Positions 1 through 8,129 of a stretch of 64,000 nt of DNA are shown here, piece by piece. The notes under the pieces are model-generated. The model ran no database searches. It was not told where the DNA came from and was given only the letters and a program-made list of their open reading frames with translations. Position 1 is the first letter of the stretch. Each line of letters starts with the position of its first letter. The DNA comes from a virus. The translations under genes were made by a program, and so were the position numbers. The DNA lies in IMG/VR virus record IMGVR_UViG_3300025168_000074, positions 4,084 to 68,083 of that record; one strand, 5' to 3'.

Positions 1-380
1 TAACCACCCTCTGGCTCTGCGCACAATTTGGCGAGGTCGTAGAGATTCATCTCCTTTTGAAGAGAAGCTTTTTTATCTCTTTTTTTCATTGTACCGGCTA
101 ACCAGCTTCTATCCTTATCGGATACTACCCAAGCGTTCTCAAAGCTCCTTCCATCAGCACCCACGCCAGCCCCCTGGACGACGTATGTCTCTCCCAGGAT
201 ATTTCGTACTACTCCAGTGAGCTTGCCTCTAGGAATAGGCTTAGAAACGCTCTCCGTCTTAGTCTTCTTAGCATTGCTAATAGCGATAGCCACGGCTTGG
301 TCTTTTTTGCGACCTTCCCTACTCAACTTCTTAATATTAGAGGAAATTGTTTTTTTAGAGTTACCTGGCTTTAAAGGCAT
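1..380 (-). CDS. Hypothetical phage protein, partial (runs off window start)
   Basis: Not in ORF track; read by hand from ATG at 380 (TAATG overlap with upstream stop): MPLKPGNSKKTISSNIKKLSREGRKKDQAVAIAISNAKK..., open to base 1. The N-terminal motif resembles a small basic module seen in phage proteins. Confidence 0.8.
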   Translation of the reverse strand, partial: MPLKPGNSKKTISSNIKKLSREGRKKDQAVAIAISNAKKTKTESVSKPIPRGKLTGVVRNILGETYVVQGAGVGADGRSFENAWVVSDKDRSWLAGTMKKRDKKASLQKEMNLYDLAKLCAEPEGG

Positions 381-1072
381 TACTTTGATGCGGTGGTGTT
401 ACCGACAGGATTTAGCCCAGGCTTCTTCTTCTTTTTATCTCTGGGCTTTAGAGGGCTGGAGTTATTGTCCCTATCGCCATTATCTGAACCTTTAGCTTTT
501 GAGTCGCTGCCTCCGTATGCTCCGCCTGCACCTGGCTCGAATGCTTCATACTGCGCTTCCTTCTTTACTGTCTTCTTCTTAGCCATCTTCTTGAAAGTTT
601 TGGCTAGAGTTTTGGCTTTGCCAGTACAGCCTTTCTTGGTGATAGGGGTACACTTACCTTCTGTACCGCGACGCTCAATATCCTCTTCAGCACCTTGAAT
701 CCAGTTATCGCCTTTCTTCGCTTCATCGTAAGGACCGCCGACTTTTTCGTTACCCGGGTTCTCTGTATTACCTGGTTGGGAGCCGTAACTAGACATGGAA
801 CGTCCACCTTTAGTGATGGCTGTCTGGGTCTGGTTGGTAGAAAGCACCTTATCGGCATCCTTCAAGAGTTTAGCTTTGCCAACCTTCTTAGCTTTAGCTA
901 TTTTAGCTGCGGCTTTAGTGCCGCCTTTAACCCCTTGCTTAGGATAACCCTTCGAAGCGTTCTCATCAATCTTTACTTTACCACCAAACAATGTGTCTGA
1001 TACTAAAGGGTATGATTTTGACTCTGCAGGCTTGGTCATTCGTGATTCTGTAATTGTTCCAACTTTCTTCAT
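380..1072 (-). CDS. Lys/Gly-rich low-complexity hypothetical protein, possible internal head protein
   Basis: 230 aa ORF, GTATATA element just upstream on minus strand, ITE/YDE-type candidate protease sites, coupled to the next gene by TAATG. Confidence 0.7.
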   Translation of the reverse strand: MKKVGTITESRMTKPAESKSYPLVSDTLFGGKVKIDENASKGYPKQGVKGGTKAAAKIAKAKKVGKAKLLKDADKVLSTNQTQTAITKGGRSMSSYGSQPGNTENPGNEKVGGPYDEAKKGDNWIQGAEEDIERRGTEGKCTPITKKGCTGKAKTLAKTFKKMAKKKTVKKEAQYEAFEPGAGGAYGGSDSKAKGSDNGDRDNNSSPLKPRDKKKKKPGLNPVGNTTASK

Positions 1073-1126
1073 AACTTTATATACTCAGCGCACAGGGAGA
1101 ACTATATAATTATGTAAACTTAAATT

Positions 1127-1771
1127 ATGGCACCAATCCCAGCACCCTCTCCCACTTCTCTGACTGGCTACTCGGCACCGAACGCGGCTGCAGGTGGCGG
1201 TAATCAATTTCAATCCAGTGGTCCTTGTTCAGGAACTACGTGGACTCACACTCAAGATTTATTTATTGCGTACGAGGTTGTCGAAATACCACAAAACGCA
1301 GGTACTTGGTTACCTTCCACTAGCAACGTAAGCGCATTAAAGCTTACAGTGTATGGTCAAGCAGAAGACTCTTTGGATTTCTTCTCCACTAGCTCTGTTT
1401 CTGGCGCAACCGGGTGTGCCACTGCCGCTGATGCAAGACAAGCTCACGTACTAACCTTATCTTCTACCGGTGCTCTTCAAGGCATGGGTCCTGCTGGCGC
1501 GATTTACACCCTATCTGGTGGTTACGAAAGACGTTGGACACAGACTGGAGACGTTGCTCGGTCAGACAACCGAACCTACATGAACGGTTTATTTCCGATT
1601 GACGGACTTCCATCTGGTTGGAACAATGACGTAACTTTATCTAATCTCGTTGCACGTCAGATTATCGCAAGAGTAGTTAATGGAGGTATTCGTTATAGCA
1701 ATGATGGAACGACCCCTCCTGTGACAGCAGGCGATTGGGACTTAATGTACTTCGGTTTGATGGACGTCTAA
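1127..1771 (+). CDS. Hypothetical protein, probable virion structural protein
   Basis: 214 aa, S/G/T/A-rich; preceded by CTATATAAT (1102) and an AAACTTAAATT leader like the sheath and tube genes; followed by a hairpin. Confidence 0.7.
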   Translation: MAPIPAPSPTSLTGYSAPNAAAGGGNQFQSSGPCSGTTWTHTQDLFIAYEVVEIPQNAGTWLPSTSNVSALKLTVYGQAEDSLDFFSTSSVSGATGCATAADARQAHVLTLSSTGALQGMGPAGAIYTLSGGYERRWTQTGDVARSDNRTYMNGLFPIDGLPSGWNNDVTLSNLVARQIIARVVNGGIRYSNDGTTPPVTAGDWDLMYFGLMDV

Positions 1772-1787
1772 CTTAACAAGACAATAT

Positions 1788-1830
1788 AAAAAACCCAGGA
1801 GGCTTTCACTTCCTGGGTTTAGTCTTTTTA
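1788..1830. terminator. Bidirectional rho-independent terminator
   Basis: Perfect 10 bp inverted repeat AAACCCAGGA (1791-1800) / TCCTGGGTTT (1811-1820) with A-tract left and T-rich sequence right, between convergent genes. Confidence 0.8.
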
Positions 1831-1860
1831 CGGGGACCATCCCAAAGAACAAATATATAT

Positions 1861-2283
1861 TTAACCGAATAGCATTACAGACTGAGCCTCTTTAGCTTTT
1901 GGGATAGTTACGCTTAGTAACCCATCCACATAAACCACCTTAGCTTTCTTAGTGTCATATTGCTCATCTACATTAATAGAAAAATCAACATCTTTTCCGC
2001 TTATCCCACGGTGCAGCACGCAACGCGTGTCTTCCTCTGCGTTTTTTGAGGCACGTACAGTAAAGGAGTTCTTACCCCCGATAACCTTCACCTCTTTTTC
2101 CTTGTAACCCGCAAGGGCAAACTCAAAGTGTAGTGAGTTTTGGTCTTCCGATAGGTAGCAGTTGCTAACTGGGTATTTCGGCAATCTACAAGCTTCTTTG
2201 GCTTGTTGTGGTTGGAACTCCTTTTCGAAGCTCCCATGTAGCTCACTGAAGAGCCTATCAAAATGTGTAAAGTAATGATTCAT
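1861..2283 (-). CDS. hsp20: Small heat shock protein (Hsp20/alpha-crystallin family)
   Basis: KYPVSN...FEFALAGYKEKEVKV...LHRGIS...YVDGLLSVTIPK motifs; AAGGAGG upstream. Confidence 0.92.
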   Translation of the reverse strand: MNHYFTHFDRLFSELHGSFEKEFQPQQAKEACRLPKYPVSNCYLSEDQNSLHFEFALAGYKEKEVKVIGGKNSFTVRASKNAEEDTRCVLHRGISGKDVDFSINVDEQYDTKKAKVVYVDGLLSVTIPKAKEAQSVMLFG

Positions 2284-2656
2284 AATTTTTATTCCTCCTT
2301 TCGGCAGGTGTTAGAAGACTAATTATTTTATTTGTTACGTCCTCTGTTTTATGGAGGGTTTTATCCACCCCATCGATTTCGACAATCAGAGAGTACCCTG
2401 ATTTGCCAAGTGTAGCTTTATATAGAGAGGTACAGCGACGCATTAGTATGTTATACCTAGCACTGCCCTTCTCAAGCTTCTCCTTCGTTATAGTCTTGTA
2501 AGGCTCCATTTGAACATAAACTTTCTGCGACCGTACGACATGGACTGTCTGACCCTCGACGAAGTTCTTCAGGTTTCCGTGACGGACTTTGCTCGCTTCT
2601 ATCCCTTTAGGGCTAGATAATACGAGGCAGGTAATTAAAAATAGTTTATGAAACAT
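2258..2656 (-). CDS. Hypothetical exported protein, possibly short OmpH/Skp-like
   Basis: N-terminal hydrophobic segment MFHKLFLITCLVLSS; C-terminal GYSLIVE...EDVTNKII recalls the OmpH C-terminus. Confidence 0.45.
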   Translation of the reverse strand: MFHKLFLITCLVLSSPKGIEASKVRHGNLKNFVEGQTVHVVRSQKVYVQMEPYKTITKEKLEKGSARYNILMRRCTSLYKATLGKSGYSLIVEIDGVDKTLHKTEDVTNKIISLLTPAERRNKNYESLLYTF

Positions 2657-3160
2657 GTTCGGGAAAATACAAAAATGGGGTTGTTAGGGGAAAACCAGTT
2701 TCCCCCTATGGTTAACTCTCACCTCTCTACGAAAAGACACTACGCGCTTTCACAGTGTTTTGGCGCAATAGCTCAGAATAAACCATCGGTTATTTATATA
2801 TGTCCTACCAAAGGGGTTAATATTAACATCCTCCCTCTGATTATTATCAACAAAATAAAGTTTGTGCTGGTAATACCAAGTAAAAAGTTTTTTACTTTGC
2901 TGACTAAGGACGAAAAAGCAATTTTAGATTCAGCAAGCGCCTTAGCAGAAAAAATAATAATTTTAGAGACCAAGACTTCGAATCCCTTAGATTGGAATAA
3001 AGATTTGATAGCAGGAACCAAACGAGTTATAGACTCCTCAGACTGGGTAATGATAGCTCACAATCAAAATGAGGAGAACGAAGCTTTTGCAGACCTGTGC
3101 CTACAGTTCGAAGGAGACCCTACTCCGGTTTTGGAAGTTGGCTTTGGTCAGGAAGAGTAA
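2648..3160 (+). CDS. Hypothetical protein, divergent SLOG/YspA (DUF1273)-like Rossmannoid fold
   Basis: Pattern GVN...IKFVLVIP...ALAEKIIIL...KRVIDSSDWVMIAH parallels YspA-like GVD...LIAAIP...ADEVV...RNxxMVDNSDxLIAV; start may be 2675. Confidence 0.5.
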   Translation: MKHVRENTKMGLLGENQFPPMVNSHLSTKRHYALSQCFGAIAQNKPSVIYICPTKGVNINILPLIIINKIKFVLVIPSKKFFTLLTKDEKAILDSASALAEKIIILETKTSNPLDWNKDLIAGTKRVIDSSDWVMIAHNQNEENEAFADLCLQFEGDPTPVLEVGFGQEE

Positions 3161-3839
3161 TCTCGAGGAAACCATCTCCATACATTTTATGGAAAGCTAA
3201 GCGGCTTTCATTCCACTCTTCACTCATTGCACCCTCACCTTCTGATGAGTGTAGAACCATGAGAGGAACTACGTGGTTCTTTCGCCCTTTACGATTAGCT
3301 TGTAACGTGTAGTACATGTCGTAGTAATCCCAATCGGATGAAAATTCTTTTGGTTTAGCGGTTTTTATATTGTTTAAAGTTGCGCCCGTGGTAATCAATA
3401 ACAACCCGTCTAAAACCTCCGCTTCTCCGTAACCTCCGTAGTACGTAGGAAAACACTCGTCAAGGCTGTCGCCGTGCCACACGCACCCGCGCAGGAAGCT
3501 ATCTGGATGAGGGTATTCCCTGCCTAGCCCATGCCACCAACAACTCGTCTTGTTTAGGCGTTGGGGACCTGCGATACCAAGAAACCCTACGTCCTTCGTA
3601 AGATTATTGTCTACAACCTCGTTAAACATTTCAGGAGTATTTAAAATTTGTATGTCATCGTGGCACATAATAACTTTATCTTTCGCAATAACGTTATTAT
3701 CTTTAAATGCTTTTGTATAGGCTTCAAAGATAGAGCTCTCATTTACTAAGTAATGTACCACCCATCCTGCTTTCTCTAAAAAAGTTTTAATTGGGCGTTC
3801 TTTCGCTTCGCGGGTAGGTATGAAGGCAAGTTTTCTCAT
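3120..3839 (-). CDS. Glycosyltransferase, GT-A fold (Glyco_tranf_2_5-like)
   Basis: SIFEAY, IMCHDDI (DXD-like), VGFLGIAG, VLDGLLL, WDYYD, VLHSSEG motifs. Confidence 0.85.
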   Translation of the reverse strand: MRKLAFIPTREAKERPIKTFLEKAGWVVHYLVNESSIFEAYTKAFKDNNVIAKDKVIMCHDDIQILNTPEMFNEVVDNNLTKDVGFLGIAGPQRLNKTSCWWHGLGREYPHPDSFLRGCVWHGDSLDECFPTYYGGYGEAEVLDGLLLITTGATLNNIKTAKPKEFSSDWDYYDMYYTLQANRKGRKNHVVPLMVLHSSEGEGAMSEEWNESRLAFHKMYGDGFLEITLPDQSQLPKPE

Positions 3840-3890
3840 GTCTATATAATAGTGTTATTGCAGGAAATGTGAAGCCCTAAAAAGCCTAAA

Positions 3891-4862
3891 TTAAATATTG
3901 TCCGCTACTAGCTTCATGTCAGCATCTACCATGGCTGTGACTAAGCCCTCAAACGTATGCCGAGGAGCCCATCCTAAAACTTCTTTAGCTTTAGTATTAT
4001 CCCCTTTCAAGATATCCACCTCAGCTGGTCTATAAAACTTAGGGTCTACTACCACATGTTGTGTTAGGCAGAGTCCTACATGCTTAAATGCTATTTCGCA
4101 AAACTCCCTCACTGTACGTGTTTCCCCCGTAGAAATTACAAAATCTTCAGGGGTATCCTGTTGTAACATTAACCACATAGCCTCAACGTAATCAGGAGCA
4201 TACCCCCAATCTCGTTGGGCGTCGAGATTACCTAACAGTAACGTGTCCTGCAGGTTATGAGAAATCCTAGCGACGGCTTGGGTAATCTTACGTGTAACAA
4301 ATTCCGTGCCCCTCCGGGGCGATTCGTGGTTAAACAGAATACCTCCACATGCGTACATACCATAACTTTCCCTGTAGTTTTGAACCATGTAGTGAGCGTA
4401 GGTTTTTGCAACCCCGTAAGGGGAACGGGGGTGAAATGGTGTCGTCTCGGTTTGAGGGGTTTGTCGCACTTTACCAAACATCTCACTAGTAGAGGCTTGG
4501 TATACCTTAGCCTTTGGGTGCATAAGACGTACTGCCTCCAAAACATTTAAAGCTCCTATAGCGTTTACCTGGGAGGTATGAATAGGTTCATCAAATGACG
4601 CGTGTACAAAACTTTGCGCTGCAAGATTGTAAATCTCATCAGGCTTGTACCTCCCTACTATATGCATTAAGCTGGATAAATCCGTAATATCTCCTTCTAC
4701 CAGCTTGAGCTCGTCGGACTCTATATGGGAAATCCTTTGAGTGTTCTCTGAGGAAACTCTTCGAACGAGACCAATAACAGTATACCCCTTGTCCAAAAGA
4801 AATTCAGTTAGGTAAGAACCGTCCTGTCCGGTTATCCCCGTAATAAATGCAACTCTCCTCAT
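3891..4862 (-). CDS. gmd: GDP-mannose 4,6-dehydratase
   Basis: [40 protein letters not shown] (YxxxK), [19 protein letters not shown]; start placed at ATG 4862 (MRRVAFITG). Confidence 0.97.
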   Translation of the reverse strand: MRRVAFITGITGQDGSYLTEFLLDKGYTVIGLVRRVSSENTQRISHIESDELKLVEGDITDLSSLMHIVGRYKPDEIYNLAAQSFVHASFDEPIHTSQVNAIGALNVLEAVRLMHPKAKVYQASTSEMFGKVRQTPQTETTPFHPRSPYGVAKTYAHYMVQNYRESYGMYACGGILFNHESPRRGTEFVTRKITQAVARISHNLQDTLLLGNLDAQRDWGYAPDYVEAMWLMLQQDTPEDFVISTGETRTVREFCEIAFKHVGLCLTQHVVVDPKFYRPAEVDILKGDNTKAKEVLGWAPRHTFEGLVTAMVDADMKLVADNI

Positions 4863-4863
4863 G

Positions 4864-4877
4864 CTATATAATAGTGT
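4864..4877. promoter_or_regulatory. Bidirectional -10-like element between gmd and terminase
   Basis: CTATATAATAGTGT, identical 14-mer also at 3842-3855; reads TATAAT on + and TATTAT on -. Confidence 0.65.
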
Positions 4878-4884
4878 AACCATC

Positions 4885-6360
4885 ATGAGTCCTGAAGAAA
4901 TAAAGAAAGAATTTTTGAGGTGTAAGGAAGACCCAGTCTACTTTATGCGTCATTATATTAAAATTATTCACCCCATACGCGGGAGAGTGAATTTCGATTT
5001 ATACCGATTTCAAGAACGTATTATTAACGAGTTCAAGGAAAACAGATTTAATTTAATGCGTAAGTTCCGTCAGGCGGGCGCCACAACAATTAGCGCTGCG
5101 TACGCTCTTTGGTACATCACGTTTAATAACGATAAGAATGTTATGGTGGTATCTATTGGTGACCGTGAATCTAGAGATTTTCTAGATAGAGCCGTTAATA
5201 TGTATGATGATTTACCTGAATGGTTACGAGCACCGGAGACAGAGCGTAATAAGCACGTTCTTAAACTCTCTACAGGAAGCAAGATAAAATCTCAACCTGC
5301 TGGTGCGGGACGTGGAGAGTCTGTATCTCTCCTCATCGTAGACGAGGCTGCGTTTATTGATAACATGAGAGAGTTTTGGATGGCTATCTACCCAACAATC
5401 TCTACAGGTGGTTCTGCATGTATCCTTTCTACAGTGAATGGTATGGCTAACCTTTATTACGAGCTATATCGAGACGCTGAGCTGGAGAAGAACGATTTTA
5501 ACGTAATTGATATTCATTGGAGGGAGCACCCTGAATACACTGAGAAGTGGTCGGAGCAGACGAGAAGTAATGTAGGTGAGCGTGCGTGGTTGCAGGAGTA
5601 CGAAGGACAGTTTCTAGGCACAGGTGAAACCTTTATTGACGGTGGCACTTTAGACCAAGTTAAAGTAAGCACCACTCACAAATTCACCAAAAAGCATTAT
5701 AACATGATGCGTATTTTTGAAGAACCTCAACCCTACCACACCTACCTAATAGCTGCAGATACTTCCTTCGGACGAGACAGGGATTACTCCGCCTTCCATA
5801 TTATCAACCTGTACAACGGAACTCAAGTAGCTGAGTTCTACAGTAACCGTTGTGGGTTGAACGAGTTTGCTCGAATCATGTCTGAAGAAGGGTTGCGCTA
5901 CAACACCGCGTTTATATGCCCAGAACGAAACGGTTTAGGGTTAGCTCTTATAGAGCAATTATTTGAAGTGCATGAATATGAAAATATGTGGTGTGATGAT
6001 AAAGGTCAGATGGGGTACTTGGTAAATAACAAAAATAGAGATATTATGTTAAATACCTTACAAGAAAAATTAAAAACTTCAAAAATAAAAATCAATTCAG
6101 AGAGAACTTTTAAAGAGTTAACTACTTTTATAATAAGTAAGTCAGGAAAAATCAAAGCAGAAGATGGTTTTGCAGATGACCTGGTTATGAGCCTAGCTAT
6201 TGGTGCTACTATTATGGAAGACATCGTAGGCAAAAGCCCGGTACCTATAGTTATGGGTGACCTGGACAAACCTTCTAGTAAAGAAAGTATAGAAGGTGGT
6301 TTTTCCAGGGGTACATACAATAAGAGCCAGGAGTTTGAGGAATACAGAAAATGGATTTAA
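4885..6360 (+). CDS. terL: Terminase large subunit (T4 gp17-like)
   Basis: [23 protein letters not shown] (Walker A variant), [10 protein letters not shown] (Walker B), [19 protein letters not shown] and DDLVMSLAI nuclease motifs; start likely ATG 4885. Confidence 0.96.
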   Translation: MSPEEIKKEFLRCKEDPVYFMRHYIKIIHPIRGRVNFDLYRFQERIINEFKENRFNLMRKFRQAGATTISAAYALWYITFNNDKNVMVVSIGDRESRDFLDRAVNMYDDLPEWLRAPETERNKHVLKLSTGSKIKSQPAGAGRGESVSLLIVDEAAFIDNMREFWMAIYPTISTGGSACILSTVNGMANLYYELYRDAELEKNDFNVIDIHWREHPEYTEKWSEQTRSNVGERAWLQEYEGQFLGTGETFIDGGTLDQVKVSTTHKFTKKHYNMMRIFEEPQPYHTYLIAADTSFGRDRDYSAFHIINLYNGTQVAEFYSNRCGLNEFARIMSEEGLRYNTAFICPERNGLGLALIEQLFEVHEYENMWCDDKGQMGYLVNNKNRDIMLNTLQEKLKTSKIKINSERTFKELTTFIISKSGKIKAEDGFADDLVMSLAIGATIMEDIVGKSPVPIVMGDLDKPSSKESIEGGFSRGTYNKSQEFEEYRKWI

Positions 6361-8072
6361 ACGATAACAACAACGACAATCTCGATGAGAATGAACAATT
6401 AGATGAGAATGCAGGTTTTACCGCATTCCCTGGGTCACGTGGCTATAACCAACAGGCACCTTTATCCGGAGCATTTGCTGCGTTCTTTAAATCATTCTTT
6501 ACAACAAAGAAGAAGCGTGGTAGACCTGCCGCTGCTAAAGACCCGTTTAGAGGGGACGTAGTAAAGCAAGCAGACGGTGAACAAGACACCTCTATGGGTA
6601 TTGGTGTATCCAAAGGTGGTGTGCAATTACCTCAAGTTGAGTACGAACGTCGGCGCCGTTACCAAGATTATGAGGCTATGGACGAGTACCCAGAAATCGG
6701 AGCCTCTCTAGACATCTATGCAGATGACGCTACTCAAACCCATCTTGACGGTCACATGATTGAGGTCCAGACAGAAGTTCCAGAGATTGCAGAGGCAGTA
6801 GAGGCTTTTGTTCATGAAACGAACTTAGAAATGTTTATGTGGGATATCATCCGTAATATGTGTAAGTACGGCGATTGTTTTTTAGAAAATATTGTGGATT
6901 TAAATAATCCAGATGCAGGTATCCAAAGATTGAAAGTATTGAATCCTGTATTTTTATTCCGTCGCGAAGATAGATTCGGGTATTTGAAGGGGTTTGTCCA
7001 AGAAGTACCAGAGTCCACATCCCAAGCATACAATCAGGGCATGGGACACATTAAAAAGAAGAGTATTATCGACTTAGACCGTCACCAACTGGTACAGTTT
7101 AGGTTACATAACTCAGACTCTAACTATTACCCTTACGGGAAATCCATTTTGGCTCCGGGAGTGCGGGCGTGGAAATCACTACGTATGATGGAAGACGCGA
7201 TGTTGATTTATCGTTTACACCGCGCTCCAGAACGCCGTATCTTCTATATTGAAACGGGTAATCTCCCTCAATCTAAGGTAGAGATGTTTATGGAACGCGT
7301 TAAGCAGAAGTTCAAGAAAGAGAAATTTTACAATATGCAGGAAGGCGCAGGTGACGAGCAATACAACCCTATGTCAGGAGAGGAAGATTTCTTTGTCCCA
7401 ATCAAAAATGGTCAAGGAACAAAAATCGATACCTTACCAGGCGCTCAGAACTTAGGAGAGATTGACGATGTTAAGTACTTCCGAGATAAGGTTTTAGCCG
7501 CAATGAAAATCCCTAGAGATTTTATTGTAGAGCATGACAAGTCTCCGGAACGTAAAGGCAACCTAGCTCAGCTAGACGCCAAGTTTGCTAAAGCTGTTAT
7601 GCGTGTCCAACGTGATACAGAGGTAGGCTTGAATACTTTAATTAAACGTCACCTAAATTTGCGTAAATTCCCAGCACAGCTGGTTAAGCAGCTTCGTATT
7701 AAACTCGCTCCGCCATCCGATATGGCTGAGAAGAGAAAGTTGGAGTTATCAGAACAACAGACACGTGTAGTCCAGGCAGTTAAAGGTTTGGAGATGTTTT
7801 CTAAGGAGTATATCTTTAAGAATTACTACAACTTCAACGATAGAGAAATTGAAGAAGTTAACCAACAACGTGAGGATGAGACTGCTGCTGACCAAGAACA
7901 ACAAGCTGCGGCGCAGGGCGGTATGCCAGGCGCAGCCCCATCTCCAGGAGGTCCTCCTTCACCAGCTCCAGGAGGTTCGCCTTCACCAGCTCCAGCTCCA
8001 GCTCCAGCAGGACCCGACCAAGGTGGGGGACCAGGTGGTTTAGGAGGAAAACCAAAAGATACACCTCAATAA
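6351..8072 (+). CDS. Portal protein (T4 gp20-like)
   Basis: YPEIGASLDIYADD, LRMMEDAMLIYRLHRAPERRIFYI, EEDFFVP, TLPGAQNLGEIDDVKYF; Pro/Gly-rich tail. Confidence 0.96.
   Translation: MDLNDNNNDNLDENEQLDENAGFTAFPGSRGYNQQAPLSGAFAAFFKSFFTTKKKRGRPAAAKDPFRGDVVKQADGEQDTSMGIGVSKGGVQLPQVEYERRRRYQDYEAMDEYPEIGASLDIYADDATQTHLDGHMIEVQTEVPEIAEAVEAFVHETNLEMFMWDIIRNMCKYGDCFLENIVDLNNPDAGIQRLKVLNPVFLFRREDRFGYLKGFVQEVPESTSQAYNQGMGHIKKKSIIDLDRHQLVQFRLHNSDSNYYPYGKSILAPGVRAWKSLRMMEDAMLIYRLHRAPERRIFYIETGNLPQSKVEMFMERVKQKFKKEKFYNMQEGAGDEQYNPMSGEEDFFVPIKNGQGTKIDTLPGAQNLGEIDDVKYFRDKVLAAMKIPRDFIVEHDKSPERKGNLAQLDAKFAKAVMRVQRDTEVGLNTLIKRHLNLRKFPAQLVKQLRIKLAPPSDMAEKRKLELSEQQTRVVQAVKGLEMFSKEYIFKNYYNFNDREIEEVNQQREDETAADQEQQAAAQGGMPGAAPSPGGPPSPAPGGSPSPAPAPAPAGPDQGGGPGGLGGKPKDTPQ
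7936..8010 (+). repeat. Short coding tandem repeats (CCAGCT)n / PSPAPGG in portal C-terminal tail
   Basis: cct tca cca gct cca repeated; encodes PSPGGPPSPAPGGSPSPAPAPAPAG. Confidence 0.7.
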
Positions 8073-8129
8073 TTATCACAAAGAGCTAGGTTAGGAGCTC
8101 TATATAAAAACAGAACCAATTTTAGAACA

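Noticed and set aside
4861-4886. Overlapping starts for gmd (4886) and terminase (4861) as given in the ORF track
   Set aside because: Homology-like sequence begins at 4862 (MRRVAFITG) and 4885 ([10 protein letters not shown]); the interval is better read as a promoter
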